In this document: piece by piece, positions 49,675 through 61,333 of the stretch
Numbering within the stretch: the stretch's first letter is position 1
How the letters are laid out: every line of letters begins with the position of its first letter
Origin: Pseudomonadota bacterium
Lineage (GTDB): Bacteria; Desulfobacterota; Desulfobacteria; Desulfobacterales; RPRI01
Assembly (NCBI GenBank): GCA_043825875.1
Contig: JBDRRF010000018.1
Location: 23,761 to 87,760 of the forward strand
Length of the DNA stretch: 64,000 nt
Reading direction: 5' to 3'
Program-made: the position numbers and the translations under genes
The notes under the pieces: model-generated
Databases searched by the model: none
What the model saw: only the letters and a program-made list of their open reading frames with translations
Told to the model about the DNA's origin: nothing

Positions 49675-50116
49675 AAGAAGTGGTTTCAATCAGTTTTAAA
49701 AGTTCGGCTGCTTTGCTTTCCATTATTTCGGCTTCTATGCCGTTTTTCTCATGGTCGTATCCAAAAAGGTGAAGAATTCCGTGTATCAAAAGCTCGGCAA
49801 ACCGTATATCAAATCCGGTTCCCGAATCATTTCCTTCCCTTTCTGCTGTTTCAGCCGATATAACGACATCTCCAAGAAGATCATGGTTGTTTCCGGAAAA
49901 ATCACTGTCACGCATAGGAAAAGAAATTACATTGGTAGGCCCGATTCTTTGCAAATATTGGTTGTTTAATTTAGCAATCCCATCATCATCTTCAATGAGT
50001 ATAGACAGTTCTCCTTCAGGACAATCCAAGTCGTTTAATATGGCTTGAGCTGCCTTCCGCATTTTTATCTTCCTGATCTTGTGTTTGTTTTGGTTGTTGC
50101 TTATCAGTACTCCCAT
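49661..50116 (-). CDS. ybeY: rRNA maturation RNase YbeY
   Basis: LN..Y...GPT.V.SF, LGDV.IS, HG.LHL.GYDH. Confidence 0.93.
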   Translation of the reverse strand: MGVLISNNQNKHKIRKIKMRKAAQAILNDLDCPEGELSILIEDDDGIAKLNNQYLQRIGPTNVISFPMRDSDFSGNNHDLLGDVVISAETAEREGNDSGTGFDIRFAELLIHGILHLFGYDHEKNGIEAEIMESKAAELLKLIETTSFTSS

Positions 50117-52409
50117 TTTTCCCTTTTCCATTGCCTGAAATGGTTGTTTCGGAATATTCGATGCGATGATGATGGATTCCGTTTAAAATCGTATTGAAGC
50201 TTTTAGCAATATTATGCAAATCTTTTAAAGTTAATTCGCAATTATCAAGCTGCCCGTCTGTAAAAACATTATTCATTAAATTCTGGACTAGCCCCTGAAT
50301 TCTTGCCGGTGTAGGATTTTCAAGGGTTCTTGAAGCCGATTCCGTAACATCGGCAAGCATGACAAGACCCGCTTCTTTTGTCTGGGGCTTTGGGCCTGGA
50401 TATCTGAAATCACTGATTTTGACTGTGCTTTCTCCTTTTAGCTGTTTTGCTTTGTCATAAAAAAACCGGATAAGGCTTGTCCCGTGATGCTGGCCGATTG
50501 TGTCTGCGATTTGTTTCCCAAGATTATATTTTTTTGCCATTTCAACCCCATCTTTTACATGGGCAACTAGTATAAGACTGGACATTGATGGTGAAAGCTT
50601 GTCATGTTTATTTACGCCGTCCGACTGGTTTTCAATAAAATACTGGGGTTTGTTTAATTTGCCGATGTCATGATAATAACCGCAAACCTTGGCAAGCAGA
50701 GAATTTGCTCCTATTTCCGATGCAGCAGCTTCTACCATTGAACCTACAATAACCGAATGATGATATGTTCCAGGGGCTTCAATCATAAGTCTCCTTAGGA
50801 CAGGCTGATCAAGACTTGCGAGTTCCAGCAGCTTTATATCTGTAGAAAAGTTAAAAGTTACTTCTATCAGAGGAGTAAGCCCTGCAGTTACAATACCTGT
50901 TATCATACCTCCTAAAAAAGCAAAAACCCAATTCCAAATTAATGTTATCCAGGAGAACTCGGCCTCTGCGGCAGGATTATAAATAGTTATTACTGTGGTG
51001 AGCAGTATGTTAAAAACAGCAAGTTTTAAACCGGATTTAATAAAAACCTTGCGTTCCCTGCAATCTTGCATCCAATAGGCCGCCATTATTCCGCTCAACA
51101 GAAAGTAAAGCAGCATTTCAAAACGGTTTTGAAATACCATTGCAGTACAAATGGATATAATAACGGCAAAAGCAACGGCTGTATTTAAGCCCATAAATAG
51201 ACAAATGAGCATTGCTCCGGCAGTAACCGGAATACTAAGTTGAATCGATGTGGCTCTGATCGAAAAAAGCTCGTTTAAGGAAAGGGATCTGGACAAAAAT
51301 GATGATACTTCCGCCAGCAGAAAACACATAATCACCACGCTGGCAAGAAAAAGGAGTTTTTTGTTATGGGCGCCTACCGTATCCCTATCGTTATTTAAGC
51401 TAATCATATATGTTGTAACAAGCAGAATTAACATAATCATGGTAGCGCCAGTAATAGCTGCCGATATCCGCTTGTATCTTACCTTATCCATGAGAGCTTT
51501 CAGCTTTATAAGCTGTACTTCCGAAACCTTCTCTCCTTCGCGTAAAAGCATTTCACCTGCTTTTACTTTGTATAGTACCGCACCCATTTCGGCTACAGCG
51601 GTTTTTGTTCTTTCTTCAGTTTCATTTCTGTTTAAGGTTATGTTAGGTTGAATCAACTGCATGACACAATATGTAACTGCCTCCCGCTTTCCCGAATGCA
51701 AGTCTTTTAATACAGGCTGTCCTACTACTTTTACTTTGCTTTTTGCCTCATTAATGCTGTATATAGAATTTAATTCATAAGTTATAATCTCATCTTTCGT
51801 TTCAATATTTCTTAATATTATTCCCTTATCAATTACTTTAAGCAAAGAATCCTTATCGGCAACTATGGCGGTAACAAAAAAATTAGATATTATACCATTG
51901 ATAGCATTTGGGATATCTTCGGAAAATTCACTCTTTTCAATTATACCAAAAACACTTTTAGGAACTGAAAAGCCTATTTTCTTTTCAAATTCTTTTTTTA
52001 TTTTCAAAGATCTTTCGGATGGGGTTAGCTGCTGGGTATTTGTTCCAACATCTACAGAATTGAAATTACCCGCGATCAAATCATTTCTTATATCTGTAAA
52101 GGCCGTCTGAACCCGCTGGGTTAATTTAGTTAAAAGCTTTGAATCAAAATCATATACTACCGGTACATTACCTGCCACCATTTTTCTGTTCTTTTCAGTT
52201 GCGACTTTGTCTACAGCTAAAAAGTCTTCCGGAGCTTTTATGTCTCTATCGGCAATATCCCCTAAATCATATGTTTTGGTGATGGGCATAAAGTCTATAT
52301 AGAGAGTAAGTACAAATATGATAACCATACTGGCCAGAATCCACCATTTGATATATTTGCTGGAATTAAATGAATTAATTATAGGTTCTTTTATTTTTAT
52401 TAGTTTCAT
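50016..52409 (-). CDS. 7TM-HD family phosphohydrolase (PgpH-like)
   Basis: APGTYHHS, YHDIGK, QHHGT, YPGP.P; 7 TM segments. Confidence 0.92.
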   Translation of the reverse strand: MKLIKIKEPIINSFNSSKYIKWWILASMVIIFVLTLYIDFMPITKTYDLGDIADRDIKAPEDFLAVDKVATEKNRKMVAGNVPVVYDFDSKLLTKLTQRVQTAFTDIRNDLIAGNFNSVDVGTNTQQLTPSERSLKIKKEFEKKIGFSVPKSVFGIIEKSEFSEDIPNAINGIISNFFVTAIVADKDSLLKVIDKGIILRNIETKDEIITYELNSIYSINEAKSKVKVVGQPVLKDLHSGKREAVTYCVMQLIQPNITLNRNETEERTKTAVAEMGAVLYKVKAGEMLLREGEKVSEVQLIKLKALMDKVRYKRISAAITGATMIMLILLVTTYMISLNNDRDTVGAHNKKLLFLASVVIMCFLLAEVSSFLSRSLSLNELFSIRATSIQLSIPVTAGAMLICLFMGLNTAVAFAVIISICTAMVFQNRFEMLLYFLLSGIMAAYWMQDCRERKVFIKSGLKLAVFNILLTTVITIYNPAAEAEFSWITLIWNWVFAFLGGMITGIVTAGLTPLIEVTFNFSTDIKLLELASLDQPVLRRLMIEAPGTYHHSVIVGSMVEAAASEIGANSLLAKVCGYYHDIGKLNKPQYFIENQSDGVNKHDKLSPSMSSLILVAHVKDGVEMAKKYNLGKQIADTIGQHHGTSLIRFFYDKAKQLKGESTVKISDFRYPGPKPQTKEAGLVMLADVTESASRTLENPTPARIQGLVQNLMNNVFTDGQLDNCELTLKDLHNIAKSFNTILNGIHHHRIEYSETTISGNGKGKNGSTDKQQPKQTQDQEDKNAEGSSSHIKRLGLS

Positions 52410-52500
52410 ATCTCACCAGAGGCCATTTTTTATCAGCCTTTAGTCTGTTGATTATTTATGAGTCTTTCAAAAGGTTTTCTCTTTTTTTTTATAACCCTTT

Positions 52501-53496
52501 TTATTTGCCATTTTCAGCTTTTCGTTTCTTTGCTTCAAGATTTTCATATGCTTCAATAATATCTTGTACAAGTTTATGCCTTACAACATCCGATTTTGAA
52601 AAGAAGACAAATTTAATTCCGTTAATTTTCTGCAAAATGTCTTTGGATTCGATAAGACCGGATGTTTTACCCATCGGCAGATCAATCTGGGTTATATCAC
52701 CCGTAATAACAGCTTTTGAACTGAATCCTATACGGGTAAGAAACATCTTCATCTGTTCCGAAGTAGTATTCTGGGCCTCATCAAGAATAATAAATGAGTC
52801 ATTTAATGTTCTTCCCCTCATGAAGGCAAGCGGAGCGACTTCGATTACACCCTTTTCCATAAGATTTGCAACCTTTTCAAATCTCATCATATCATGGAGA
52901 GCATCATAAAGCGGTCTCAAATAGGGGTCAACTTTTTCAGCAAGATCTCCAGGCAAAAAACCAAGCGCTTCACCAGCTTCAACAGCTGGTCGCGTAAGTA
53001 TAATTCTGCTCACCAAACCTTTTGAAAGAGCGGAAACTCCCATCGCCATCGCCAGATAAGTCTTGCCTGTACCTGCAGGTCCCACACCGAATACGATATC
53101 AAAATGACGCATGGCATCTATATATTCTTTTTGTGCCAGGCTTTTTGGAGTTATAGGTTGTTTCTTTACTGTAATATATATCGTATCGAGAAAAATATCC
53201 TTTAATTTTATAGTATCATCTTTTGAAAGAAGCCTTATGGCATAATCGAAATCACTCGGATAAACCGGATAATTATCCTTAAGCAGTCCATAGAGTTGCG
53301 TTAATAAATTCTTAGCAAGATTTGAAGCAATTTTTTCACCTTCGATTGTAACTGCGCTTCCTCTTGCATGCATTCTTATAGCAACCGCATCAGCCACTTT
53401 CTGAAGATTTGAATTGTTTTCACCAAAAAGTTGTTTCGCAAGATTTATATCAGAAAAAGAAATTTTAGTAAGATTGTCATCTACATCGATTCTCAT
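52501..53496 (-). CDS. phoH: PhoH family ATPase
   Basis: GPAGTGKT, LGFLPG, RGRTL, DEAQN. Confidence 0.95.
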   Translation of the reverse strand: MRIDVDDNLTKISFSDINLAKQLFGENNSNLQKVADAVAIRMHARGSAVTIEGEKIASNLAKNLLTQLYGLLKDNYPVYPSDFDYAIRLLSKDDTIKLKDIFLDTIYITVKKQPITPKSLAQKEYIDAMRHFDIVFGVGPAGTGKTYLAMAMGVSALSKGLVSRIILTRPAVEAGEALGFLPGDLAEKVDPYLRPLYDALHDMMRFEKVANLMEKGVIEVAPLAFMRGRTLNDSFIILDEAQNTTSEQMKMFLTRIGFSSKAVITGDITQIDLPMGKTSGLIESKDILQKINGIKFVFFSKSDVVRHKLVQDIIEAYENLEAKKRKAENGK

Positions 53497-53621
53497 AGAT
53501 AAATTCTAAAACACCATTTTATATAAAAATCATAATAAAAGAATAACGTAATTTACTATCAAAAAATTTACACCCATGCCCGATGAAACCACAAAGCATG
53601 AGTGCTTAACTTTATACAAAG

Positions 53622-53763
53622 GAGCCAGTTTCAAAACGCCCCATTTTGGCCGATCTCTGCGTTGGGCTCAAATTTCAATCCTCGAAATACTCTATGTATT
53701 CCTGTGGTTGGAATTTCCTCCCGCCTTGAGCTTGACCATACTGAAACGTTTTGAAAGTGGTTC
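53622..53763 (-). mobile_element. MITE family A, copy 5
   Basis: Same core; ends GAGCC / GGTTC; 44 nt upstream of the serS start. Confidence 0.85.
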
Positions 53764-53807
53764 GATTATTTATCAATAATTTTCTTAAAAATAAAATAGG
53801 AATATCT

Positions 53808-55082
53808 ATGCTGGAAATCAAATTTGTAAGACAAAATCTGGATCTGGTGCAAAACTCAATAATAAAAAGAGGTAAAAGCGCTAATATTGAAGAATTCATA
53901 ATTTATGACTCAAAAGTCAGAGCTATACTATTAGAAATTGAAGAATTAAGGCATCGGCGGAATATATTTTCAGAAAAAATCGCATCCATGAAAAAAGAAG
54001 GGATAGATTCAAAAGACCTGGTTTTGGAAATGCGGGATGAGTCGGAAAAAATAAAAAATCTCAATTCGGAACTTTTGGAAAATGAAGATAAACTTAATAA
54101 TATTCTCATGGAAATTCCAAACATACCAGACAGCTCTGTTCCGGAGGGTAAAGACAGCTCAGATAATTTATTAATAAGAACAATAGGCAAAATACCTGAT
54201 TTTGATTTTAAGCCAAAAAACCACTGGGAAATTGGGGAAAAGCTTAAAATATTCGACTTTGAAAGGGCTTCAAAAATAACCGGGGCTCGTTTTCCCCTTT
54301 ATTTCGGAGCCGGAGCAAAACTTGAAAGAGCCGTTATTAATTTTATGTTAGAAATACATACGACTGAACATGGCTATACTGAGATTCTGCCTCCGTTTAT
54401 CGTAAACAAACAGAGCCTGATTAGTACCGGTCAATTACCAAAATTTAAAGATGATCTATTTAAGATAGAGGGTTGGGATTATTACTTGATTCCTACAGCT
54501 GAAGTTCCTGTAACAAATATTCACCAGAACGAAATTTTGGATGATAGCGCTCTGCCAATTTCCTACACTGCTTATACTCCCTGCTTCCGTTCAGAAGCCG
54601 GCTCATATGGAAAAGACACAAAGGGCTTGATCAGACAACATCAATTTAATAAAATAGAGCTAGTAAAATTTTGCAAACCTGAAGATTCCTATGATGAGCT
54701 TGAAAAACTTACTCAAAATGCAGAAACTATTCTAAAACGCCTGGGACTCCCATATCAGGTTGTTACTCTTTGCGCAGGAGATCTTGGATTTTCTTCTGCA
54801 AAAACATATGATATTGAAGTATGGATGCCAGCACAGGGAGTATATAGAGAAATATCATCTTGCAGTAATTTTGAAAATTTTCAGGCAAGACGCGGCAATA
54901 TTAGATTTAAGAGAAAAGGCGGGAAAAAAACTGAGCACGTACATACTTTAAATGGATCAGGCCTTGCTGTTGGCCGCACTGTTGCTGCAATTATTGAAAA
55001 CTACCAGCAAAAAGATGGGTCAGTTATTATACCGGATAATTTAAGGCCATATATGGGTAATATTGAAAGGATTTCATTATGA
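53808..55082 (+). CDS. serS: Serine--tRNA ligase
   Basis: [38 protein letters not shown]. Confidence 0.97.
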   Translation: MLEIKFVRQNLDLVQNSIIKRGKSANIEEFIIYDSKVRAILLEIEELRHRRNIFSEKIASMKKEGIDSKDLVLEMRDESEKIKNLNSELLENEDKLNNILMEIPNIPDSSVPEGKDSSDNLLIRTIGKIPDFDFKPKNHWEIGEKLKIFDFERASKITGARFPLYFGAGAKLERAVINFMLEIHTTEHGYTEILPPFIVNKQSLISTGQLPKFKDDLFKIEGWDYYLIPTAEVPVTNIHQNEILDDSALPISYTAYTPCFRSEAGSYGKDTKGLIRQHQFNKIELVKFCKPEDSYDELEKLTQNAETILKRLGLPYQVVTLCAGDLGFSSAKTYDIEVWMPAQGVYREISSCSNFENFQARRGNIRFKRKGGKKTEHVHTLNGSGLAVGRTVAAIIENYQQKDGSVIIPDNLRPYMGNIERISL

Positions 55083-56581
55083 AAATTGAGAATTTCCCGG
55101 ATGAGATCCGACCTTTCATAATACCTAAGCACAAAGGTAATCTTGTTTATAGATGCTTAGAATGCGGCAAAGAACACGGGATAGAAAATCTTCTTTATAC
55201 ATGTCCTGATTGCGGTAAAGTTCTTTTGCTTCATGATTTAAATTTTGATCTTTTGAAACAAATTCCTGGGGAAAAATGGCAAAGCATTTTTGATTATCGC
55301 AAAATGTTAAAAACCCCGGCTTTAAAAGGCATATATCTCTACCATGAATTTATTGGTTCTGTAATTCCTCTTTCCTCAATAATTTATCTTGGTGAAGGAC
55401 ATACACCGGTTATTGAAGCGAATTCTTTGTTGCAGGAAAAAGTAGGTATAAAATTTTTCTTTAAAAACGATGGCCAGAATCCGAGTGCTTCTTTCAAAGA
55501 CAGAGGAATGGCAAGCGCATTAAGTTATATAAATTTTCTGATTAAGGAAAACCATTTTTCGGATATTCTTGCAATTTGCGCTTCTACAGGAGACACTTCG
55601 GCTTCAGCAGCCTTATATGCATCCTATTTGCAACCTCATATAAAATCTGCGGTTCTTCTCCCTCACAAAAAAGTAACACCTCAGCAACTTTCACAACCAT
55701 TAGGAAGCGGTGCGTCTGTATTTGAAATTCCCGGTGTTTTTGATGATTGCATGAAGATAGTTGAAAGTTTATCAGAAAAATACAATGTTGCCTTGCTGAA
55801 TTCAAAAAATGCCTGGCGCATTCTTGGCCAGGAATCTTATTCATATGAAATTGCGCAAAATTTCGAGTATGATATGAGAAATAAAGTAATAATTATTCCT
55901 ATTGGAAATGCCGGAAATATTACTGCTGTATTAAATGGTTTTTTAAAATTTTATAAAACAGGTATAATAAACGTACTGCCCAAAATTATAGGAGTTCAAT
56001 CAAACCATGCAAACCCGGTGTACAATTATTATAGCGAACCGGATGTCATTAAACGCAGATTCATTCCTGTAAACGTAAAACCAAGTGTAGCTCAGGCAGC
56101 AATGATTGGAAACCCTGTATCAATGCCAAGAGTCATCCATCTTGTTGAAGAATACAATAGACTTGCAGGCAATGATAGCACATCTTTTATTGAAGTAACA
56201 GAACAATCCATAATGGACTGGCAAATTATTGCAAACCGAAACGGTCATATTGCATGCACTCATGGTGGTGAGTGTCTTGCCGGCCTTTTTAGGGCAATCA
56301 AAAAAGGACTAGTGTTAAAAACCGATACAGCCATTTTAGATTCAACTGCACATGCTCTTAAATTTTCAGGGTTTCAGGATATGTATTTTGAAGATAAATT
56401 TCCACCCGAATATGATGTATTACCAAATAAATCTTTATTAAACTTTCCTGTTTTAATGCATCCAAAAGATCTTGACAAAGTTCCGACTTCGGATAAACCC
56501 TTAAATGAAAGTGAATTAAAATTATTTATTAACCGTATATCAGATGAAATTGCTAAAACCCTTGATCTGCAAAAAAGATAA
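55079..56581 (+). CDS. thrC: Threonine synthase
   Basis: N-terminal Zn ribbon, [26 protein letters not shown]. Confidence 0.9.
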   Translation: MKIENFPDEIRPFIIPKHKGNLVYRCLECGKEHGIENLLYTCPDCGKVLLLHDLNFDLLKQIPGEKWQSIFDYRKMLKTPALKGIYLYHEFIGSVIPLSSIIYLGEGHTPVIEANSLLQEKVGIKFFFKNDGQNPSASFKDRGMASALSYINFLIKENHFSDILAICASTGDTSASAALYASYLQPHIKSAVLLPHKKVTPQQLSQPLGSGASVFEIPGVFDDCMKIVESLSEKYNVALLNSKNAWRILGQESYSYEIAQNFEYDMRNKVIIIPIGNAGNITAVLNGFLKFYKTGIINVLPKIIGVQSNHANPVYNYYSEPDVIKRRFIPVNVKPSVAQAAMIGNPVSMPRVIHLVEEYNRLAGNDSTSFIEVTEQSIMDWQIIANRNGHIACTHGGECLAGLFRAIKKGLVLKTDTAILDSTAHALKFSGFQDMYFEDKFPPEYDVLPNKSLLNFPVLMHPKDLDKVPTSDKPLNESELKLFINRISDEIAKTLDLQKR

Positions 56582-56650
56582 ATATTATTTAATACCGCTA
56601 ATCGACCTATTATATCTAGCAAGTTAACATTTATAGATAGAGGTAATACA

Positions 56651-57418
56651 ATGAATATGAAAAACATTTTTTATGCATTAATTATTATTTTTGTTTTTGG
56701 GTATTTTTCTTGTGCTGATCAAAAAGTATTAAAAAAGCAAGGAGAAGCCAGAAGAGGTGTAGGTGAAGCGTACATGTTCCAAAGTGATTATAGTATGGCA
56801 CTAAAAGAGCTGCTTAATGCTGAAAAAATATATCCCAATGACCCTGTTCTTCATAATGACCTTGGTCTTGTATATATGGCAAAAGATCGTCTTCAAACAG
56901 CTGTTGAACATTTCAAAAAAGCAATTGAGTTAAAGCATGATTATGCGCCGGCAATTAACAATCTTGGAACCGCATATCTTGCCCTAAAAGATTGGGATTT
57001 AGCAATTGATAACTTTAATAAAGTTTCTAATGATCTTCTTTATGCCACGCCACATTATTCTCTAACTAACCTGGGCTGGGCATACTACAATAAAAAAGAT
57101 TTTACATTAGCTGAAAAATACTACAAGGAAGCATTGGAAATCGAATCAAATTATCCGATTGCATTGCATGGGCTTGGAATTACTTATTTAAAATTGAATA
57201 ATCCTACAGAAGCTGTAATTTATTTAGAAAGGGCAATAAAATATTCACCTTGGATTCCTGATTATTATATGAATTTATCAGAAGCTTATATAAAATTAAA
57301 CCAATATGAAAAAGCAATAATATCTTATTATAAAGTTATAGAAATATCACCAGAAAGCGATATTTCCGCTAAAGCACAAAAAGAAATTGCAAGATTAAAA
57401 ACACAAAATTATAAATAA
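56651..57418 (+). CDS. TPR lipoprotein (PilF/PilW pilotin-like)
   Basis: Lipobox-like FSC, TPRs, LYATP..NLG; next to pilQ. Confidence 0.7.
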   Translation: MNMKNIFYALIIIFVFGYFSCADQKVLKKQGEARRGVGEAYMFQSDYSMALKELLNAEKIYPNDPVLHNDLGLVYMAKDRLQTAVEHFKKAIELKHDYAPAINNLGTAYLALKDWDLAIDNFNKVSNDLLYATPHYSLTNLGWAYYNKKDFTLAEKYYKEALEIESNYPIALHGLGITYLKLNNPTEAVIYLERAIKYSPWIPDYYMNLSEAYIKLNQYEKAIISYYKVIEISPESDISAKAQKEIARLKTQNYK

Positions 57419-57668
57419 TCTCAAGTATAGATAAAGATATTATTTAATTTTAATCCTCATACCTCTTATAGAGAGATAAAGAGCTTACTCTTCTTTATTT
57501 TATTAGTGCTTAGTCAAGCCTGACATGAATATTATTATTTTATTCTAACAGCAGGCCAAAGCTTATTAAGTATACACAGAATTGTAAGATAAATTGATTG
57601 GTTTTTAGGTTAACTAAAGGAATGTTTGGTTAATTTTGAATTTAATATTTTTTATTAAAACTGGCAAT

Positions 57669-57713
57669 AAAAAAAGTGCGGAATTATTCATGATAATAAT
57701 TCCGCACTTTTTT
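57669..57713. terminator. Bidirectional intrinsic terminator
   Basis: AAAAAAGTGCGGAATTATT...AATAATTCCGCACTTTTTT. Confidence 0.9.
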
Positions 57714-57724
57714 ACTATATTTAT

Positions 57725-60574
57725 TTATACTTTTTGATCGAGTGTAACTATCTTTGGAGTTATAAATATAAGAAGTTCTTCCTTGTTATCGGTTTTTGTA
57801 AATGATTTGAAGAGTAGAGGCCCAAGAATAGGTATTTTTGAAAGACCGGGAATTGATGACTCACCGGTACTCTTTGTTGTTTTAATGATGCCACCTATTA
57901 CAACAGTATCTCCATCATTAACAAGCAACTCAGTTTCAGCCTCTTTTGTCGTAAAAGAGTAGTTTTCATTTACTTGCGGTCCGATGTCCTTTTTCTTAAT
58001 TGATATTACCATTGAAATCCTGTTATCAGGAGTAACATGGGGCTTTACTTTAAGTTCAAGATCAACATTTTCAAACACTGTTGTTGTATTTCCTGATACA
58101 TCACTCTTGTTATATGGATAACGCAATCCCTGTTTTATGGTAGCTTCCTTATTATCAAGAGTAGCTATCTTTGGGGAAGAAACAACTTTACCTTCTCCAT
58201 CAGCTTCCATTGCCTGAAGCTTTGCATTAAGCATAAAGGGAGTGCCGGCTATTCTTACAAAATTAAATCCTATACTACCTGCGTTAGCTGCGGCTGCAGG
58301 AAAATTGATAGATGTATTAATTCCATATGTTCCACCAAGGCTATTCATCCCTACTTGAGGCCCAACACCTACTCTATTATTTACAGCAGTAGAATTTGCT
58401 GAAGTAATAGCTGAACTAACAGATGAAGGCAACTGCGATGATGTCTGGACACCTATCCCTGAACCCCAGGTAACACCAAGATCTCTTGAAAAATTTGTGG
58501 TTGCTTCTACTATTCTTGCTTCTATAAGAACTTGTGGAGTAACTTTATCAAGTACTCTTACAATATCTTTTGCCTTTTTTATTACTTCTGCTACGTCTGT
58601 CAAAATAATGAGGTTTGTCCTATTATCTACACTGACATTTCCCCTGTCTTTAGTTAATAATTTTTTTAAATGAGGCAATATTTCATTATTTGCGCTAGCA
58701 TAATTTATAGGAATATATTCAACAACAAGGGGTTCCAATGCTTTCTGTTCTGCCATTGCCTTTTTTTCTGCAATTAATCCGGCACGTCTTAATTCCTGTT
58801 CTTTTTTTATAGTTTCAAGAGGTGCAATCCTTACAATATCACCTTCATAAATCATCCCTAGTTGATTCATTTTAAGAATAAGATCCATAGCCTGATCCCA
58901 GGGAACCGGCTTTTCCAATGACAAGGTTACTTTGCCACGTACATTTTTATCAATTGCAAAGTTTTTTCCACTTACTTCCTTCAAAATTCGAAAGACGTTT
59001 TTTATATCAGTATCAAAGAAATCAAGAGCAATCTTTTCACCTGTATATTTTTGCTCAAGTTCGGAAAGTTCTTTTTCATCACTCACAGCCTTGCTAACAA
59101 TCGGCGTTTCATCCTCTGTTTCAACTACTTCGATATCTTTAGGTACTGTTTCAAGAACTTCTTTCCATGCCGGAATACCCTTATCTTGCTCAGGTTTGGG
59201 TAAAACGGTAGAAGCTTCAAAATGAATATTGATTATATTATCAGTTTGTTCCATCACATATGTAACTGCTTCTCTCAATTCAATTGCAATTATAGATGTT
59301 TTTTCCATTTCAGGCATCTGAATAGGCCATATCCCATCAACAGCACTATTAAAACGCGTTGTAATAAGAGGTCTTTTTTGTTTTGTTGCTATATTGGTAT
59401 TATTTAACTGAAGATGGAGCAGTCTGTCGCTGGCTTTTTTAATACTGTATTCAACAGGCTTAGTAGTTCCAATCGTTATTGTGGATCCCCCACCATCTTC
59501 ACTTAAAAAATCTATTCTATCAACCCATGCAGGTTTCAAATCTATTTCTTGTTTTTCCTCAACCAATAATTCTGTTTCCTGCTTAGGCTCTATCAACTCT
59601 TCAGCTTTTTCGCTTATTGCAGTGTCTATAGTTTCTTCTTCAATTTGTTCTTTACTATCAGTCTTGGAATAAATAACGTCCTCATCAGTCTTATCGAGCT
59701 TATCGGGCTCAATATTTCCAAATTTTATCAAAAGTCCATTTGAAATAGGCTTAGCCGAAAAAGCATTTAAAAAATCATCTTCTGTTTCCAAAACAAAACG
59801 AAATTTATCAGGTGATGCATAATGCCGAATCCTGCTAACCCATTTAGTATTAACCGAAACAATTTGTTCTTTTCTGAAAGGACTTTTTATTTTTAAAATA
59901 TCAAAGACTATTCTTGCAGGAAGTTTAGCGGAGAGATTCTTTTTTAGCGTAAAAGATTTATAATCTTTTATCATACCATCTGAATCAATTATAATAGATA
60001 AACCACTGCTGCCTTTGTCTACAGAAACTGATTTAAATTTTGTAGCAGCTTTAATATCAGTTTCATCAAGATTTGTTTTTTCATTTATAGTTATTGCTTT
60101 TACATCAATAACACCCGGCACATAAACATCGGGTGATTCAGTAATTTCTTTGGAATCCGATAACTCATCAGATTCTGCGGTATCAACACTCTCAAGCTGT
60201 TCTCCCGTATCAACATTTACTTCAGATATAGAAGATGTATCAGGTTCTGTGGCAAGTTCTTCAGAAGACAACTCATCAGATTCTGCTGTATCAAGATTCT
60301 CAGCCTGATCTTTCGCATCATCTTCTGTTTCTGATATCATAGATGTATCTGGTTCTTCGGTAAGTTCTTCAGAAACTATTATTTCACTGCCTGTGGAATT
60401 AGTGCTTTCAGACTGTTTATCTTCATTTGCAACTAATTCATTAACAACTGCTTCATTCTGATCTTCTTCCTGGGCATAAATTTCAAGTGGAAATAAAACT
60501 TGAAAAGAAGTTAAAACCGCAAGGAAAATAACTACTGAAAAAGCTTTAATTATTTTCAACAAATAATAATTCAT
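57725..60574 (-). CDS. pilQ: Type IV pilus secretin with long acidic N-terminus and AMIN domains
   Basis: YTGEKI.LDF, VPWDQA, QVLIEARIVEA, ELLIFITP. Confidence 0.93.
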   Translation of the reverse strand: MNYYLLKIIKAFSVVIFLAVLTSFQVLFPLEIYAQEEDQNEAVVNELVANEDKQSESTNSTGSEIIVSEELTEEPDTSMISETEDDAKDQAENLDTAESDELSSEELATEPDTSSISEVNVDTGEQLESVDTAESDELSDSKEITESPDVYVPGVIDVKAITINEKTNLDETDIKAATKFKSVSVDKGSSGLSIIIDSDGMIKDYKSFTLKKNLSAKLPARIVFDILKIKSPFRKEQIVSVNTKWVSRIRHYASPDKFRFVLETEDDFLNAFSAKPISNGLLIKFGNIEPDKLDKTDEDVIYSKTDSKEQIEEETIDTAISEKAEELIEPKQETELLVEEKQEIDLKPAWVDRIDFLSEDGGGSTITIGTTKPVEYSIKKASDRLLHLQLNNTNIATKQKRPLITTRFNSAVDGIWPIQMPEMEKTSIIAIELREAVTYVMEQTDNIINIHFEASTVLPKPEQDKGIPAWKEVLETVPKDIEVVETEDETPIVSKAVSDEKELSELEQKYTGEKIALDFFDTDIKNVFRILKEVSGKNFAIDKNVRGKVTLSLEKPVPWDQAMDLILKMNQLGMIYEGDIVRIAPLETIKKEQELRRAGLIAEKKAMAEQKALEPLVVEYIPINYASANNEILPHLKKLLTKDRGNVSVDNRTNLIILTDVAEVIKKAKDIVRVLDKVTPQVLIEARIVEATTNFSRDLGVTWGSGIGVQTSSQLPSSVSSAITSANSTAVNNRVGVGPQVGMNSLGGTYGINTSINFPAAAANAGSIGFNFVRIAGTPFMLNAKLQAMEADGEGKVVSSPKIATLDNKEATIKQGLRYPYNKSDVSGNTTTVFENVDLELKVKPHVTPDNRISMVISIKKKDIGPQVNENYSFTTKEAETELLVNDGDTVVIGGIIKTTKSTGESSIPGLSKIPILGPLLFKSFTKTDNKEELLIFITPKIVTLDQKV
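60159..60374 (-). repeat. 108-bp in-frame tandem duplication in pilQ
   Basis: SEEL..EPDTS.ISE...DTAESDELS twice, exactly 108 nt apart. Confidence 0.85.
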
Positions 60575-60575
60575 A

Positions 60576-61322
60576 TTATTCTTCTCCAAGAGGTTTCTGA
60601 AGTTTAAGTTCTCTTTCTTGGATCTTTTTTTCCCCAATAATATTTTCAATTTCTTCCTCTACAATTATTCTATCATTGAGTATCTTGACAATTCTTCCAT
60701 AATTATTGCCAATATAAGTTCCCTTTGCTACAACATATCCCTTACCGGAAGATTCTTCAACAAGAGCCCTATTTCCACTTTCAGCACGCAATATTGCTAC
60801 AAGTTTTAACTGACTTAAATCAACCATTTCCAGAGGCGTTCGCAGAGAACGCATTTTTTTACCCTTGTTTTTACTGAGACCTTGTTTAAACAATGATGCA
60901 AATGGATCTATTTTACCTTCCGGATTATATATTATAATTCCTTCAGGCTGAAGTTTTGCTATTTCCTTAAGTGTTATATCTGATGCTTTATAATCTTTTG
61001 CATTACCTTTAGCTGAATTTTCTACATCAGCAGAATCAGTGCCAGTTTGTTCTTTTTTAATATTGGCATTTTTATCAGAAATCTCATTTTTTATTTTGCT
61101 AACATCAACAATCTCTGTTTTAGCCGCAACATCTGGAACCTGCACCCGAGAAGAAGTTGGCCCGTTGCTTTTTGATACTATCTTTTTACTAACGGCAACA
61201 GCCTTTTTATTTGGTTCATTTTTATCATCACATCCTGTGATGAAATGAAACAGACATAAGATAAATACTGCGATATAAATTATAGTTAGATTTTTTCGCA
61301 TGCTCACCAAGTTATCTCTCAT
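60576..61322 (-). CDS. pilP: Type IV pilus lipoprotein PilP
   Basis: TGC lipobox, DPF, TPLE...L.QL.L, GY.V..G..IG. Confidence 0.9.
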   Translation of the reverse strand: MRDNLVSMRKNLTIIYIAVFILCLFHFITGCDDKNEPNKKAVAVSKKIVSKSNGPTSSRVQVPDVAAKTEIVDVSKIKNEISDKNANIKKEQTGTDSADVENSAKGNAKDYKASDITLKEIAKLQPEGIIIYNPEGKIDPFASLFKQGLSKNKGKKMRSLRTPLEMVDLSQLKLVAILRAESGNRALVEESSGKGYVVAKGTYIGNNYGRIVKILNDRIIVEEEIENIIGEKKIQERELKLQKPLGEE

Positions 61323-61333
61323 CTGATGTTTTA

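Noticed and set aside
4172..53763. Repeats as a CRISPR array
   Set aside because: Copies are dispersed, ~143 bp long, with no spacer periodicity and no cas genes.
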